Positions 1 to 9,175 of a DNA stretch of 64,000 nt are shown piece after piece (the stretch's first letter is position 1; the number at the start of each line of letters is the position of its first letter). Origin of the DNA: Candidatus Methylomirabilota bacterium (lineage in GTDB: Bacteria > Methylomirabilota > Methylomirabilia > Rokubacteriales > DASRDR01); the NCBI GenBank assembly GCA_035550795.1, contig DASZOL010000052.1:23266-87265 (forward strand), read 5' to 3'. Under the pieces are notes generated by a model that worked only from the letters and a program-made list of their open reading frames with translations, ran no database searches and was not told the origin of the DNA. The position numbers and the translations under genes are program-made.

Positions 1-323
1 ACGGCAAGGAGATGACCGAGGAGGAGTGGACGAGCGCGGCCACTCGCGCCTTCGGCCTCCGACTCGCCGGCGATGCGATCGAGGAGGTGGACGAGTCGGG
101 ACAGCCCATCCGGGACGACACGTTCCTGCTCCTGCTCAACGCCCATCACGAGCCGGTCGAGTTCGTGCTGCCCGCCCATCGAGCTCGAGTGCGATGGGAG
201 CTCCTCATCGACACGCGCGACTGGATGGCGCCCGCGCGAGCGTTCCGGGCCGGCGAACAGTATACGGTGGAGGCACGCAGCCTGGCGCTGCTGCGGCTCC
301 GAGCCTCGCGGACGGCGGCGTGA
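1..323 (+). CDS. glgX: Glycogen debranching enzyme GlgX/TreX family, C-terminal fragment (5' end lies outside the window)
   Basis: Frame ending at TGA 321-323. The tail ...DDTFLLLLNAHHEPVEFVLP...WELLIDTRD...YTVEARSLALLRL resembles GlgX C-termini. The stop overlaps the next gene's GTG start (GTGA). Confidence 0.6.
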   Translation, partial: GKEMTEEEWTSAATRAFGLRLAGDAIEEVDESGQPIRDDTFLLLLNAHHEPVEFVLPAHRARVRWELLIDTRDWMAPARAFRAGEQYTVEARSLALLRLRASRTAA

Positions 324-3322
324 CGGCGGCCGAGCAGAGCGCATTGCCGGCCGGCGGCGGTTCGGGCGGAGGGCGCTCCCCCCGGGGGGCACGAATCCCC
401 GGCGCCACGTATCGCCTCCAGCTCGGAGCGAACCTGACGTTCCGCGACGCCCGCGACCTCGTGCCCTACCTGGCCGATCTGGGGGTCACCGACTGCTACC
501 TCTCCCCGATTCTGGAGACGTGCGCGCCGGATTCCCACGGCTACGACGTGGCGAATCACGGGCAGCTCAATCTGGCCCTCGGCGGCGAGGCGGCTTACGA
601 GGCGCTCGCGGACGCACTCCGGACGCGCGGGATGGGTCAGCTGGTCGACGTGGTCCCGAACCACATGGGAATCGCGCGGGGGCGGAACGGATGGTGGCAA
701 GACGTCCTCGAGAACGGAGCGGCTTCGCCATTCGCGTCGTTCTTCGACATCGACTGGGAGCCTCCCAAGCCGGAGCTGCGGAACCAGGTCCTGCTTCCGA
801 TCCTCGAGGCCCATTACGGCCGCGTCCTCGAGAATCAGGGTCTGCGGCTGCACTACGAGGACGGCGCGTTCCTGGTCCGCTACCACGACTGGGTCCTCCC
901 CATCAGCCCCTGCACGTATCCTCAGATCCTGACCTGCCGGCTGCCCGAGCTGGAAGAAGCGCTCGGGCGCGACGATCCGCAGGTCCGGGAGCTGCAGAGC
1001 ATCGCCGCCGCCGCCGCACGCTTGCCTGCGCGCACGGAAACCGAGCCCGAGCGACAGGCGGAACGGGCCCGCCAGAAGGAGGTCGTGAAGCGCCGGCTCG
1101 ACACGCTCACGCGTGAGGCGCCGGGCGTCAAGGGGTTCGTCGACGAGACGCTGTGGCTCTTCAACGGCGTTCCCGGCCGGCCCGACAGCTTCGACCGGCT
1201 CGACGCGCTTCTGAGCGCCCAGGCCTATCGCGTGGCGTACTGGGGCGTCGCCGGGGACGAGATCAACTACCGGCGCTTCTTCGACATCAACGACCTGGCG
1301 GCGATCCGCATGGAGGACCCCGCCGTCTTCGAGGCGGCCCACCGGCTCCTCTTCCGCCTGATCCGCGAGGGGCGCATCACCGGGCTGCGGATCGATCATC
1401 CCGACGGTCTGTACGCACCGGCCGGCTACCTGGGCGCCCTCCAGGAGCGATGCGGCGGCGAGCACTCCGGCGCGCCCGAGGAGCCGCCGGCGGCTCGTCC
1501 CTTCTACGTGGTGGTGGAGAAGGTGCTGATGCCGGCCGAATCGCTTCCCGCGCACTGGCCGGTGCACGGCACCACCGGCTACGAGCTCCTGAATGCGCTG
1601 AACGGCCTCTTCGTGGATCCCAGGGGCGTGCGTTCGCTTGATCAGACATACCAGCGCTTCACCGGTCTGACCGCACCCTTCGTCGACGTCGTCCACGAGG
1701 CGAAGCGGCTCGTCACCGACACGACGATGGCGAGCGAGCTGAACGTCCTGGGCCGGCGTCTCGGACGCCTCGCGGAGCAGCGGCGCGAGTCACGGGACTT
1801 CACGGGGCGGAGTCTCACGGAGGGCCTGCGCGAAATCATCTCGTGCTTTCCGGTCTATCGGACCTACGTGGGCGACGACGGCCAGGCGGCCGGTGTGCGC
1901 GACCGCGACCACGTGGCGGCGGCCGTGGCGGCGGCCAAGCGCCGTAGCCCCGCCACGAACGCGTCAGTGTTCGACTTCATCAAGGACCTCCTCTGCCGCA
2001 CCGGCGACCTGGACTTCGTGCGGAGGTTCCAGCAGCTGACCGGACCGGTCACCGCCAAGGGCGTGGAGGACACCGCCTTCTACCGGTACAACCGTCTGCT
2101 CTCGCTGAACGAGGTCGGCGGCGCTCCCGACCACTTCGGCACGCCGGCGCCGGAGTTTCACCGGCTCAATGCAGAGCGACTGGCCCGCTGGCCGCACTCG
2201 CTCTCGGCCACCTCGACCCACGACACGAAGCGGAGCGAGGATGTGCGAGCCCGCATTAACGTGCTCTCGGAGTTGCCGCTCGAGTGGCGCGTCCGCCTCC
2301 GCACCTGGCATCGCCTGAACCGTCGTCATCGCACCCTGGTCGACGGTCACCCGGCGCCCGACCCGAACGAGGAATACCTCCTCTACCAGACGCTGATCGG
2401 CGCCTGGCCGATGGAGCCCGCGCCCGACGCCGAGCACGCGGTCTTCGTCGAGCGCATCCAGCAGCTCATGCTCAAGTCGCTCCGGGAGGCGAAGGTTCAC
2501 GCGAGCTGGGTGAATCCACATCCCGCCTACGACGCCGCCGTGGTCCGCTTCGTCGCGGCGATCCTCGACCGCGCCGGCCCGCCGCGGCGGGCACCGGGAC
2601 GGCTGCGCCGCCTCATCGGCGCCATCGTGACCGAGGACGACGGGAATCCCTTCCTCGCGGACTTTTTGGCGTTCCAGCAGCGCGTGGCGGAGGCGGGCAT
2701 CTACAATTCCCTCGCCCAGACGCTCCTCAAGCTCGTCCTGCCCGGCGTCCCGGACACGTACCAGGGAACCGAGACGTGGGACATGAGCCTGGTGGACCCG
2801 GACAACCGGCGGCCCGTGGACTACGCGCGTCTCCGCGCCGATCTGGACGCCATCCGCCGGACCCTGGCCCAGCCGGATCCCGACATTGCCGGACTCGCCC
2901 GCTCGCTCCTTGACACCAGGACGGACGGACGGATCAAGCTCTACGTGACGCACCGGGCCCTCGATAGCCGGCGGCGGAGACCGGGGCTGTTCGCCGAAGG
3001 CGCCTACCTTCCGCTCGAGACCCAGGGCCATCGCCGGGAGCACGTCGTGGCGATCGGGCGCGAGCGCGGGCGTGAAGCGGCCATCTCCGTCGTCCCCCGC
3101 TTCATCGCCCGGCTCCACCTGACGAGCCCACCGCTCGGGCCGTCGGTGTGGGGCGGGACGTGGCTGGCCCTCCCGGAGACGCTGGCATCGCGCGCCTACC
3201 GCAACGTGCTGACGGGGGAAGCGGTGCCGGTCGTGACCCGCGAGGGGCGTCCGGGCCTGGCTCTCGAGACGGCGCTCGCGATCTTGCCGGTGGCGCTCCT
3301 CGAGGCGACGGACGTTCACTGA
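320..3322 (+). CDS. treY: Malto-oligosyltrehalose synthase ((1->4)-alpha-D-glucan 1-alpha-D-glucosylmutase) TreY
   Basis: About 1000 aa in a single frame. The N-terminus ATYRLQLGANLTFRDARDLVPYLADLGVTDCYLSPIL...HGYDV...VDVVPNHMG is the classic TreY start. The start codon is uncertain: GTG 320 (GTGA overlap with glgX) or TTG 344; there is no ATG before YRLQL. Confidence 0.85.
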   Translation: MTAAEQSALPAGGGSGGGRSPRGARIPGATYRLQLGANLTFRDARDLVPYLADLGVTDCYLSPILETCAPDSHGYDVANHGQLNLALGGEAAYEALADALRTRGMGQLVDVVPNHMGIARGRNGWWQDVLENGAASPFASFFDIDWEPPKPELRNQVLLPILEAHYGRVLENQGLRLHYEDGAFLVRYHDWVLPISPCTYPQILTCRLPELEEALGRDDPQVRELQSIAAAAARLPARTETEPERQAERARQKEVVKRRLDTLTREAPGVKGFVDETLWLFNGVPGRPDSFDRLDALLSAQAYRVAYWGVAGDEINYRRFFDINDLAAIRMEDPAVFEAAHRLLFRLIREGRITGLRIDHPDGLYAPAGYLGALQERCGGEHSGAPEEPPAARPFYVVVEKVLMPAESLPAHWPVHGTTGYELLNALNGLFVDPRGVRSLDQTYQRFTGLTAPFVDVVHEAKRLVTDTTMASELNVLGRRLGRLAEQRRESRDFTGRSLTEGLREIISCFPVYRTYVGDDGQAAGVRDRDHVAAAVAAAKRRSPATNASVFDFIKDLLCRTGDLDFVRRFQQLTGPVTAKGVEDTAFYRYNRLLSLNEVGGAPDHFGTPAPEFHRLNAERLARWPHSLSATSTHDTKRSEDVRARINVLSELPLEWRVRLRTWHRLNRRHRTLVDGHPAPDPNEEYLLYQTLIGAWPMEPAPDAEHAVFVERIQQLMLKSLREAKVHASWVNPHPAYDAAVVRFVAAILDRAGPPRRAPGRLRRLIGAIVTEDDGNPFLADFLAFQQRVAEAGIYNSLAQTLLKLVLPGVPDTYQGTETWDMSLVDPDNRRPVDYARLRADLDAIRRTLAQPDPDIAGLARSLLDTRTDGRIKLYVTHRALDSRRRRPGLFAEGAYLPLETQGHRREHVVAIGRERGREAAISVVPRFIARLHLTSPPLGPSVWGGTWLALPETLASRAYRNVLTGEAVPVVTREGRPGLALETALAILPVALLEATDVH

Positions 3323-3365
3323 ACCGATCACGCGGGACCCGATCCAGTCCCGACGGAGGACGCTC

Positions 3366-3764
3366 ATGGCAGGCAGCTCGGCAGCGTTTCACGAGAGGGA
3401 AGACGCGCTCGCGCCGGCGACGCGAGACATGCACCGCGCCATCGTCAGCCTGATGGAGGAGCTGGAAGCCATCGACTGGTATCAGCAGCGCATCGAGGCG
3501 GCCGGGGACGGCGAGCTGCAGGAGATCCTCAGCCACAACCGGGATGAGGAGAAGGAGCACGCCGCCATGGTCCTGGAGTGGATCCGCCGGCGAGACCCGG
3601 GGTTCGACGAGGTCCTGCGGACCTTCCTGTTCACGGAGGGGCCCATCACCGCGCTTGAGCCGGGCTCACCGACCGGCAATGGGCAGCGCGGCTCCGGGAA
3701 GGGCGCCGGCGAGCCGTCCGTGACCGTGGGATCGCTCAGAGGAGCACGCCGATGGACATCCTGA
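3366..3764 (+). CDS. Encapsulated ferritin-like protein (EncFtn), an encapsulin cargo with a C-terminal cargo-loading peptide
   Basis: MHRAIVSLMEELEAIDWYQQRIEA...ELQEILSHNRDEEKEHAAMVLEWIRRRDP closely resembles Rhodospirillum rubrum EncFtn. The C-terminal tail has a TVGSLR-type targeting motif. RBS GGAGGA upstream. There is a 13-nt overlap with the downstream encapsulin gene. Confidence 0.85.
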   Translation: MAGSSAAFHEREDALAPATRDMHRAIVSLMEELEAIDWYQQRIEAAGDGELQEILSHNRDEEKEHAAMVLEWIRRRDPGFDEVLRTFLFTEGPITALEPGSPTGNGQRGSGKGAGEPSVTVGSLRGARRWTS

Positions 3765-4564
3765 GACGCAGCAGCGCCCAGCTGTCGGACCGGGTCTGGA
3801 AGGAACTGGACGAGGCGGCGGCCACCGCGGCCCGGAACGTCATGACCGCCCGGCGGGTCGCCACGTTCGACGGCCCGCGGGGTTGGGATTACATCGCGGC
3901 GCCGCTCGGCACCATGCAGGCCTGTGCGACGCGCGAGGGGAAGGCGGTCGTGTGCGTCCCGGAGATCGCGCTGCTCGCCCAGCTCCGCGCGGACTTCAGC
4001 CTGCCCTGGTCCGCGGTCGAGGCGTTCGAGCGGGGAGGTCCGGCGCTCGACGCGGCGCCCGCCGAGGGCGCCGCACGTGAGGTCGGGCTCGCGGAGGACC
4101 GCCTCGCGTACTCGGGGCAGCCCGTGGGCACCGGGTTCCTCGAGGACACGCGCTCGCCGCGGATCCGGCTGGGAGACTGGTCGGACCCGGCGCGCGTCAT
4201 CGCCGATCTCATCCGTGCCGTGGAGATGCTGGACCGACTCGCGATCCCCGGGCCGTACGAGGCGATCCTGTCCGCCGATCGCTACTACGCCTACCTCTCG
4301 GCCGCGAACCAGGGCTACCCGGTGCCCCGCCACACGAAGAACATCGTCGCCGAGGTTCACAGGTCCCTCGTGATGCAGGATGGCGGCGCGCTGTTCTCGA
4401 TGCGCGGTGGCGATTTCATCCTCACCGTGGGCGGTGATCTCGCGGTGGGCTACCGGTCACACGATCGTGACGCGCTCCACCTGTTCTGCGTGGAGACCCT
4501 CGCCCCTCAGACCCTCGATCCCGACGCGGTCTGCCTGCTGGAGGGAGGCGCCTCCAAAGCCTGA
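3752..4564 (+). CDS. Family 1 encapsulin nanocompartment shell protein (HK97 fold, linocin M18-like)
   Basis: MDILRRSSAQLSDRVWKELDEAA...FDGPRGWDYIAAPLG...ERGGP...GGDFILTVGGDLAVGYRSHDRDALHLFCVETL aligns along its full length with the Thermotoga maritima encapsulin pattern. Confidence 0.9.
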   Translation: MDILRRSSAQLSDRVWKELDEAAATAARNVMTARRVATFDGPRGWDYIAAPLGTMQACATREGKAVVCVPEIALLAQLRADFSLPWSAVEAFERGGPALDAAPAEGAAREVGLAEDRLAYSGQPVGTGFLEDTRSPRIRLGDWSDPARVIADLIRAVEMLDRLAIPGPYEAILSADRYYAYLSAANQGYPVPRHTKNIVAEVHRSLVMQDGGALFSMRGGDFILTVGGDLAVGYRSHDRDALHLFCVETLAPQTLDPDAVCLLEGGASKA

Positions 4565-4583
4565 TCCCACATCGCGATCCGTC

Positions 4584-4617
4584 GCGCCACCGAGTCGCCG
4601 GCTCGACACGGTGGCGC
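4584..4617 (+). terminator. GC-rich hairpin (9-bp stem GCGCCACCG/CGGTGGCGC, 16-nt loop) 20 nt after the encapsulin stop; possible intrinsic-terminator-like structure without a U-tract
   Basis: The inverted repeat is read directly from the sequence. Its position after a convergent-free operon end is suggestive only. Confidence 0.3.
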
Positions 4618-4678
4618 GCGATCCCCGCGCCCCAGCCGCGCCAAATCGCGCTCTCCAGCACGAGACGCCGGGCCCGCA

Positions 4679-4694
4679 TGGCACGTGCCTTGCT
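4679..4694 (+). promoter_or_regulatory. Candidate sigma54 promoter (TGGCAC-N5-TTGCT), about 245 nt upstream of the M48 peptidase gene
   Basis: Exact match to the -24/-12 consensus TGGCAC N5 TTGCW: tggcac gtgcc ttgc t. Confidence 0.4.
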
Positions 4695-4936
4695 CCCCTC
4701 CTTGTCATGGCAACTGGGAAACGCAACGCTCGAGGCCCGCTCGCTCCAAGCACGCGCTCAGCGAAGGCGCCTGCGCGGTCCGTCGTCGAGTCCCGGGCGC
4801 CCCAGAAGACTCGCCGACAGCGAAGCGCGACCGTGGCGGTCCGGAAGGACACGACGGTCTTGCAGACCGATCACGGACCGCGGGTCGCCTGGAGCGCCGC
4901 GAAACCCAAGTTCCCGAAACAGTAGGGGAGGAGACC

Positions 4937-5626
4937 ATGTGGCGGATACGGATGGTCCGAGCGTGGCACGCGGTCGTGGCCCTGACGGGGCTGCTCGTGA
5001 CGGGCTGTGCGCTGGGTCCCCTCCCCGACGGCTCGGGCTCCCCGACTGGGCAGAGCTCCCGGCCGGGTCCCGCCTTGGAGCGCGTGACTCCCCAGGACGC
5101 CGCCCGGCTCCGCCGGGTCATCGAGCCGCTCGCCCGGGCCGCGGACAAGCCGCCCGCCCAGGTGAAGGTCGGCATCCTCTCCGACCGCAGCATCAACGCC
5201 GCCAACGCCGGGGGCGGCGAGTTCTACGTCACGCGCGGCCTCCTGGATCAGGCGAACGACGAGCAGCTCCGCGCGATCATGGCACACGAGTTCGCGCACA
5301 ACGATCTCGGCCACGTGGTGAAGGCGCAACGGCTCCAGGCCGGCGTGGAGCTGGGCGCGGCGATTCTCGAGCAGGTGGTTCCCAATTCGGCGATCATCAC
5401 TCCCCTCGCCGGAACGCTGATCACACGTGCGCACAGCCGCTCCGAGGAGCTCGAGGCGGACCGCCACGCGGTGACGCTCCTCCGGCGAGTGGGATCGTCC
5501 AAGGAGGCGCTCCAGCGCACGCTCGCGTGGCTTGCCAGAGGCTCGGGCGACGGTGAGGGCGGTGGCTGGTTCGCCACGCATCCGGCGACGAACGACCGTA
5601 TCCAGGCGCTCCGTCAGCTGCCCTGA
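4937..5626 (+). CDS. M48 family zinc metallopeptidase, lipoprotein
   Basis: Signal peptide plus lipobox LLVTGC. Zinc motif HEFAHNDLGH and a downstream EELEAD third-ligand motif typical of M48 (HtpX/Ste24-like). RBS GGGGAGGAG before ATG 4937. Confidence 0.8.
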   Translation: MWRIRMVRAWHAVVALTGLLVTGCALGPLPDGSGSPTGQSSRPGPALERVTPQDAARLRRVIEPLARAADKPPAQVKVGILSDRSINAANAGGGEFYVTRGLLDQANDEQLRAIMAHEFAHNDLGHVVKAQRLQAGVELGAAILEQVVPNSAIITPLAGTLITRAHSRSEELEADRHAVTLLRRVGSSKEALQRTLAWLARGSGDGEGGGWFATHPATNDRIQALRQLP

Positions 5627-5668
5627 GGAGCAGGCGGCGCGCCGCTGGCCCCGCCACGTCGAGGCCCT

Positions 5669-6265
5669 GTGGCGCGTGAGCACGGGATGAGCCGCCGGCA
5701 CGGGTCCCCCGCAGCCCCGCCCGTGGAGGAGGACGCGCATCCCGCGCGTGACCCGATGCCGGCACGGGTCCCCGCCGACGCAGCGCCCGGGGGAATCCAT
5801 CCCGCGGTCCGCGAGCGGATCGCGCAGGGCTTCACTCGTGTGGAGGACGTCGTCTACGTCGGCCTCGGAGCGCTCCTGGCCGCCGGCGCGCTCGCGTTGC
5901 TGGTCGACGGGGCCGTGACTGTCGGCCGGCAGCTCGTCGCCGGTACCATGCCGGCGACGATAATCGACCTGCTCGATCGGATCCTGCTCATCGTCATGAT
6001 CGTCGAGCTCCTGTACACGGTCCAGGTGTCCTTTCGCGAGCACTCACTCGTGCCGGAGCCTTTTCTCATCGTCGGACTGATCGCTGCGACGCGCCGCATC
6101 CTCGTGCTGACGGCCGAGCTCGCGGAGCTCGCGGAGGCAGGGGAAGGCCTCTTCCGGCGGGCCATGATGGAGCTTGGGCTGCTCACGCTCATGGTGGTGC
6201 TCTTCGTCGTGGCGCTGGTTCTGCTGCGGAAGCGCTCTACCCAGGCGGTGGCCGACCGCGCGTAG
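5669..6265 (+). CDS. PsiE-like (phosphate-starvation-inducible E family) small multi-pass membrane protein; N-terminal start uncertain
   Basis: About 130-aa hydrophobic core IIDLLDRILLIVMIVELLYTV...LIVGLIAATRRILVL consistent with the PsiE fold. Alternative in-frame ATGs at 5687 and 5756. Confidence 0.45.
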   Translation: MAREHGMSRRHGSPAAPPVEEDAHPARDPMPARVPADAAPGGIHPAVRERIAQGFTRVEDVVYVGLGALLAAGALALLVDGAVTVGRQLVAGTMPATIIDLLDRILLIVMIVELLYTVQVSFREHSLVPEPFLIVGLIAATRRILVLTAELAELAEAGEGLFRRAMMELGLLTLMVVLFVVALVLLRKRSTQAVADRA

Positions 6266-6311
6266 GCTGGGTCGCCCCAGGCAGTAGCCGGCCGGGCCGG
6301 TCAGCCTGACG

Positions 6312-6611
6312 TCAGCGCGACCGGGTGTCGCGGTGCTGGTGGGCGGGGGGTGTGCCCGGTGGGTCCTGCGTGGACGGCAGGCCCCGGCGGCCGCGGCGCC
6401 GTGCTGCGATCGCGACCGCGTAACCGGCGATGATCGCCAGGAAGACGATCGGGATCCAGCCCGGCCAGCGATATCGTTCACGGGAGGCCAGCTCCGCCGG
6501 ATCCGGGTTCCCGGGCGCGGGCTGCGCGTAGAGGGCCGTTGCCGCCGCAATCAGGCAATACGCGGCAAGAACGAGCGCCACTACCGCCAGAATGCTGCGG
6601 ATGACTCGCAC
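6312..6611 (-). CDS. Hypothetical small membrane protein (2 TM helices), GTG start
   Basis: An ORF with two hydrophobic helices (ILAVVALVLAAYCLIAAATALYA; IPIVFLAIIAGYAVAIAA). The longer ORF version would abut the divergent gene start, so a shorter form is proposed. No homology recognised. Confidence 0.3.
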   Translation of the reverse strand: MRVIRSILAVVALVLAAYCLIAAATALYAQPAPGNPDPAELASRERYRWPGWIPIVFLAIIAGYAVAIAARRRGRRGLPSTQDPPGTPPAHQHRDTRSR

Positions 6612-6750
6612 GTCCCGGAATGCGGACAGCGATCGGTCGACCTGGAGACGGCGACCCTGGGCGGCCTCCGGGATCCTCCGGGACAACGTCAGACGCTTTG
6701 CCGGCCGACTTGTCACGATCTCTGGAGGTGCAACCACTATGCCGAACACG

Positions 6751-6766
6751 TGGCACTCCCCTTGCT
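6751..6766 (+). promoter_or_regulatory. Candidate sigma54 promoter (TGGCAC-N5-TTGCT), 47 nt upstream of the CDS at 6813
   Basis: tggcac tcccc ttgc t; exact -24/-12 consensus. Confidence 0.45.
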
Positions 6767-6812
6767 GGTTCATCCGAGAGCTGCAACCCCTTGCCCTGGG
6801 AGGAGACACGAC

Positions 6813-7640
6813 ATGCAGGCAGTGGTGGGCGTCGCTCGACGCAGTACCGATGCGAACCGGATTGTCGAGTCACTCCGGGAGCTCGGCATCTCCGATTTCC
6901 GCCTCAGCATCCTCGCGCCCGCGTCGTCGGAATCGGTACTGGGCGCGATCCCCACGACGGAGGCGGAGCAACCAGGTATCGGCGGGACGATCGGGAGCGT
7001 CGTGGGCGGGGCTGCGGGGACGGCGGGCGGCCTCGCCGTCGCGTCGCTGGCCCTTCCCGGAGTTGGTCTCGTGATCGCCGCTGGGGCAATCGCGCTGGGG
7101 GTCGTTGGCGCGGTGGCAGGCGGCGCCATCGGTGGTCAGCTCGACGACACGCTGTCGAAGGGGCTCCCCACCGACGAGCTGTACGTCTACCGCCACGCCT
7201 TGCGCACGGGACGGAGCCTGGTGGTCGTGACAGTCGCCGACGACGCCGAGGCCTCCAGGGTTCGCGAGCTCATGGCCGATCTGGGGGCGGAGAGCGTCGA
7301 CGCCGCGCGCGAGGAGTGGTGGATAGGTCTCCGTGACGCGGAGGAGGCAGAGTACACGCGTCAGGGAGGCGATTTTGGGAAGGACGAGGCGCTCTACCGG
7401 CTGGGGTTCGACGCTGCGTTCCGTCTGCCGGGCGAGGCCCCCCTGTTCGAGCAGGCGCGGCGGATCCTCCGAGACCGGCATGGGCCCAGCGCCGAGGCAT
7501 CGGCCTTCCGCACGGGCTACGAGCGCGGACGCGCTCATCGGGCTACGCACGACGAGGGAGCCGGCTGTCATCAGCCCGCCGAGGACCGTGACGAGGGGCC
7601 CGGCGTGCCCGAGGCCCATGGGCGACGCGGTCCGAGGTAG
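6813..7640 (+). CDS. Hypothetical glycine-zipper membrane protein
   Basis: RBS GGGAGGAG 5 nt before ATG 6813. Central Gly-rich transmembrane zipper GIGGTIGSVVGGAAGTAGGLAVASLALPGVGLVIAAGAIALGVVGAVAGGAIGG flanked by soluble domains. A sigma54 promoter lies upstream. Confidence 0.6.
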   Translation: MQAVVGVARRSTDANRIVESLRELGISDFRLSILAPASSESVLGAIPTTEAEQPGIGGTIGSVVGGAAGTAGGLAVASLALPGVGLVIAAGAIALGVVGAVAGGAIGGQLDDTLSKGLPTDELYVYRHALRTGRSLVVVTVADDAEASRVRELMADLGAESVDAAREEWWIGLRDAEEAEYTRQGGDFGKDEALYRLGFDAAFRLPGEAPLFEQARRILRDRHGPSAEASAFRTGYERGRAHRATHDEGAGCHQPAEDRDEGPGVPEAHGRRGPR

Positions 7641-8170
7641 GTCGCCGCGAAGATGACCAGCGCGGAGTCAACGAAGAAGTCCGGCACGAGCGCGGCGTTT
7701 CCCGAGCGCCGTGCGTCCGCGGACGTCGTCCGGCGCAAGGCGGGCCCCGCGGTCGCCGCCGTCGCGCGGATGGCCCGCACCAGGCGTACCAGAAGCCCGA
7801 ACGATCGAGCCAGGCTCGGTTGCAACCGTAGGCACTCGGTTGCGGCGCGACCTCCGTCGGCCGGTCGCATCACCTCCGTTCGAAGTCACCCCCACCCCCT
7901 GCAACGGTAGCTCCCCGCGGGCGACACTCATCTCGCGATGGCGAGGCACTCCGGGAGCCTGCGGTCGGAACCAGCACACCGCGATGCATCGAGGTGGCGC
8001 CTGTACCGCCGGGAATCGGGTTGGTCACTGCGAGGTGGTCACATTGTCTCAGGGACGACACGATGTCTCCGCGAGACGGGAGAGCGCCATGGAGCCAGAG
8101 GAAGGGCTGACTCCGTGAGCCACGACACCGCGGCACGCAGCTTGCTCCCGAAGAAGCAGAGGCGAGCCCC

Positions 8171-9175
8171 TTGCTGCACGTTGGCTACAAGCTCTCGAGT
8201 GAGGAGTTCGGCCCGAGCGACCTGGTCCGCCAGGCCGTTCAGGCCGAGACGGTAGGCTTCGACTTCGCCCTGATCTCCGACCATTTTCATCCCTGGACCG
8301 ATCGCCAAGGACAGAGTCCGTTTGTGTGGGCCGTGCTGGGCGCGATCGCCAACGCGACCGCGAGGCTCAAGGTGGGAACGGGCGTGACTTGCCCGATCAT
8401 CCGGACGCACCCCGTCATCGTGGCCCACGCCGCTGCCACGGTGGAGGCCATGATGCCGGGGCGCTTCTTCCTGGGCGTCGGGACGGGCGAGAACCTTAAC
8501 GAGCACGTCACCGGGTCGAAGTGGCCATCCGTCGACGTGCGGCGCGAGATGCTCGAGGAGGCGGTGGCAGTCATACGCCAGCTCTGGCGCGGCGGCGTCC
8601 AATCGCATCGCGGACGGCACTACACCGTGGAAGACGCGCAGCTCTACACGTTGCCCCCGAAGCCGCCGCCGATCATGGTGGCGGCCAGCGGCCCCAAGGC
8701 GGCGCGCCTGGCCGGCCAGGTCGGCGATGCCTTCATCACGACCGACCCCGACCCGGCCCTACTTCGCACGTTTCGGCGAGCGGGCGGCCGTCGCAAGCCG
8801 GGCTACGTCGAGGTCACGGTCTGCTGGGCCCGCACCGAGCAGGAGGCGCGTCGAACCGCCCACGAGGTCTGGGCACTGGCGGCCCTCGAGGGCGCGCTGT
8901 TCACCGAGATCGCTCAGCCCGCACACTTCGAAGCGGCCTTCAAGCCGATCACCGAGGCGCGGGTGGCCGAGGCCGTGGTCTGTGGACCTGACCCCGCGCA
9001 CCATCTGGCGGCGATCCGGCGAGCGAGCCGCGCGGGCTACGACCATGTCTGCGTTCATCAGATCGGCCCCGATCAAGAGGGCTTCCTCGGGTTCTACGAG
9101 TCCGAGGTCCTCCCGCGGCTGCGTCGACTCCGGGTCGCCAAGCGGCGTCAGCTCGCGGGACGGCGCGCCGCATGA
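8171..9175 (+). CDS. LLM-class (luciferase-like monooxygenase) F420-dependent oxidoreductase
   Basis: Typical LLM F420 family sequence: FDFALISDHFHPW...GTGVTCPIIRTHPVIVAHAAATVEAM...RFFLGVGTGE...TVEDAQLYTLPPKPPPIMVAASGPKAARLAG. TTG start. Confidence 0.8.
   Translation: MLHVGYKLSSEEFGPSDLVRQAVQAETVGFDFALISDHFHPWTDRQGQSPFVWAVLGAIANATARLKVGTGVTCPIIRTHPVIVAHAAATVEAMMPGRFFLGVGTGENLNEHVTGSKWPSVDVRREMLEEAVAVIRQLWRGGVQSHRGRHYTVEDAQLYTLPPKPPPIMVAASGPKAARLAGQVGDAFITTDPDPALLRTFRRAGGRRKPGYVEVTVCWARTEQEARRTAHEVWALAALEGALFTEIAQPAHFEAAFKPITEARVAEAVVCGPDPAHHLAAIRRASRAGYDHVCVHQIGPDQEGFLGFYESEVLPRLRRLRVAKRRQLAGRRAA

Noticed and set aside
146-1696. 516-aa ORF on the minus strand, antisense to treY. Similar long antisense or off-frame ORFs include 1964-3367(-), 20634-22280(-) opposite the ArsA gene, 46749-48515(+), 49111-51270(+) opposite the heme dioxygenase, 51729-52991(-) opposite the catalase-related gene, 52184-54658(+), 56169-58250(+) opposite the GMC gene and 58048-60681(+) opposite the diheme cytochrome.
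   Set aside because: Their translations are Arg/Gly/Pro/Ala-rich low-complexity strings typical of off-frame reading in roughly 70% GC DNA. The opposite strand in each case encodes a protein with clear family motifs. Long stop-free antisense frames are expected at this GC content.
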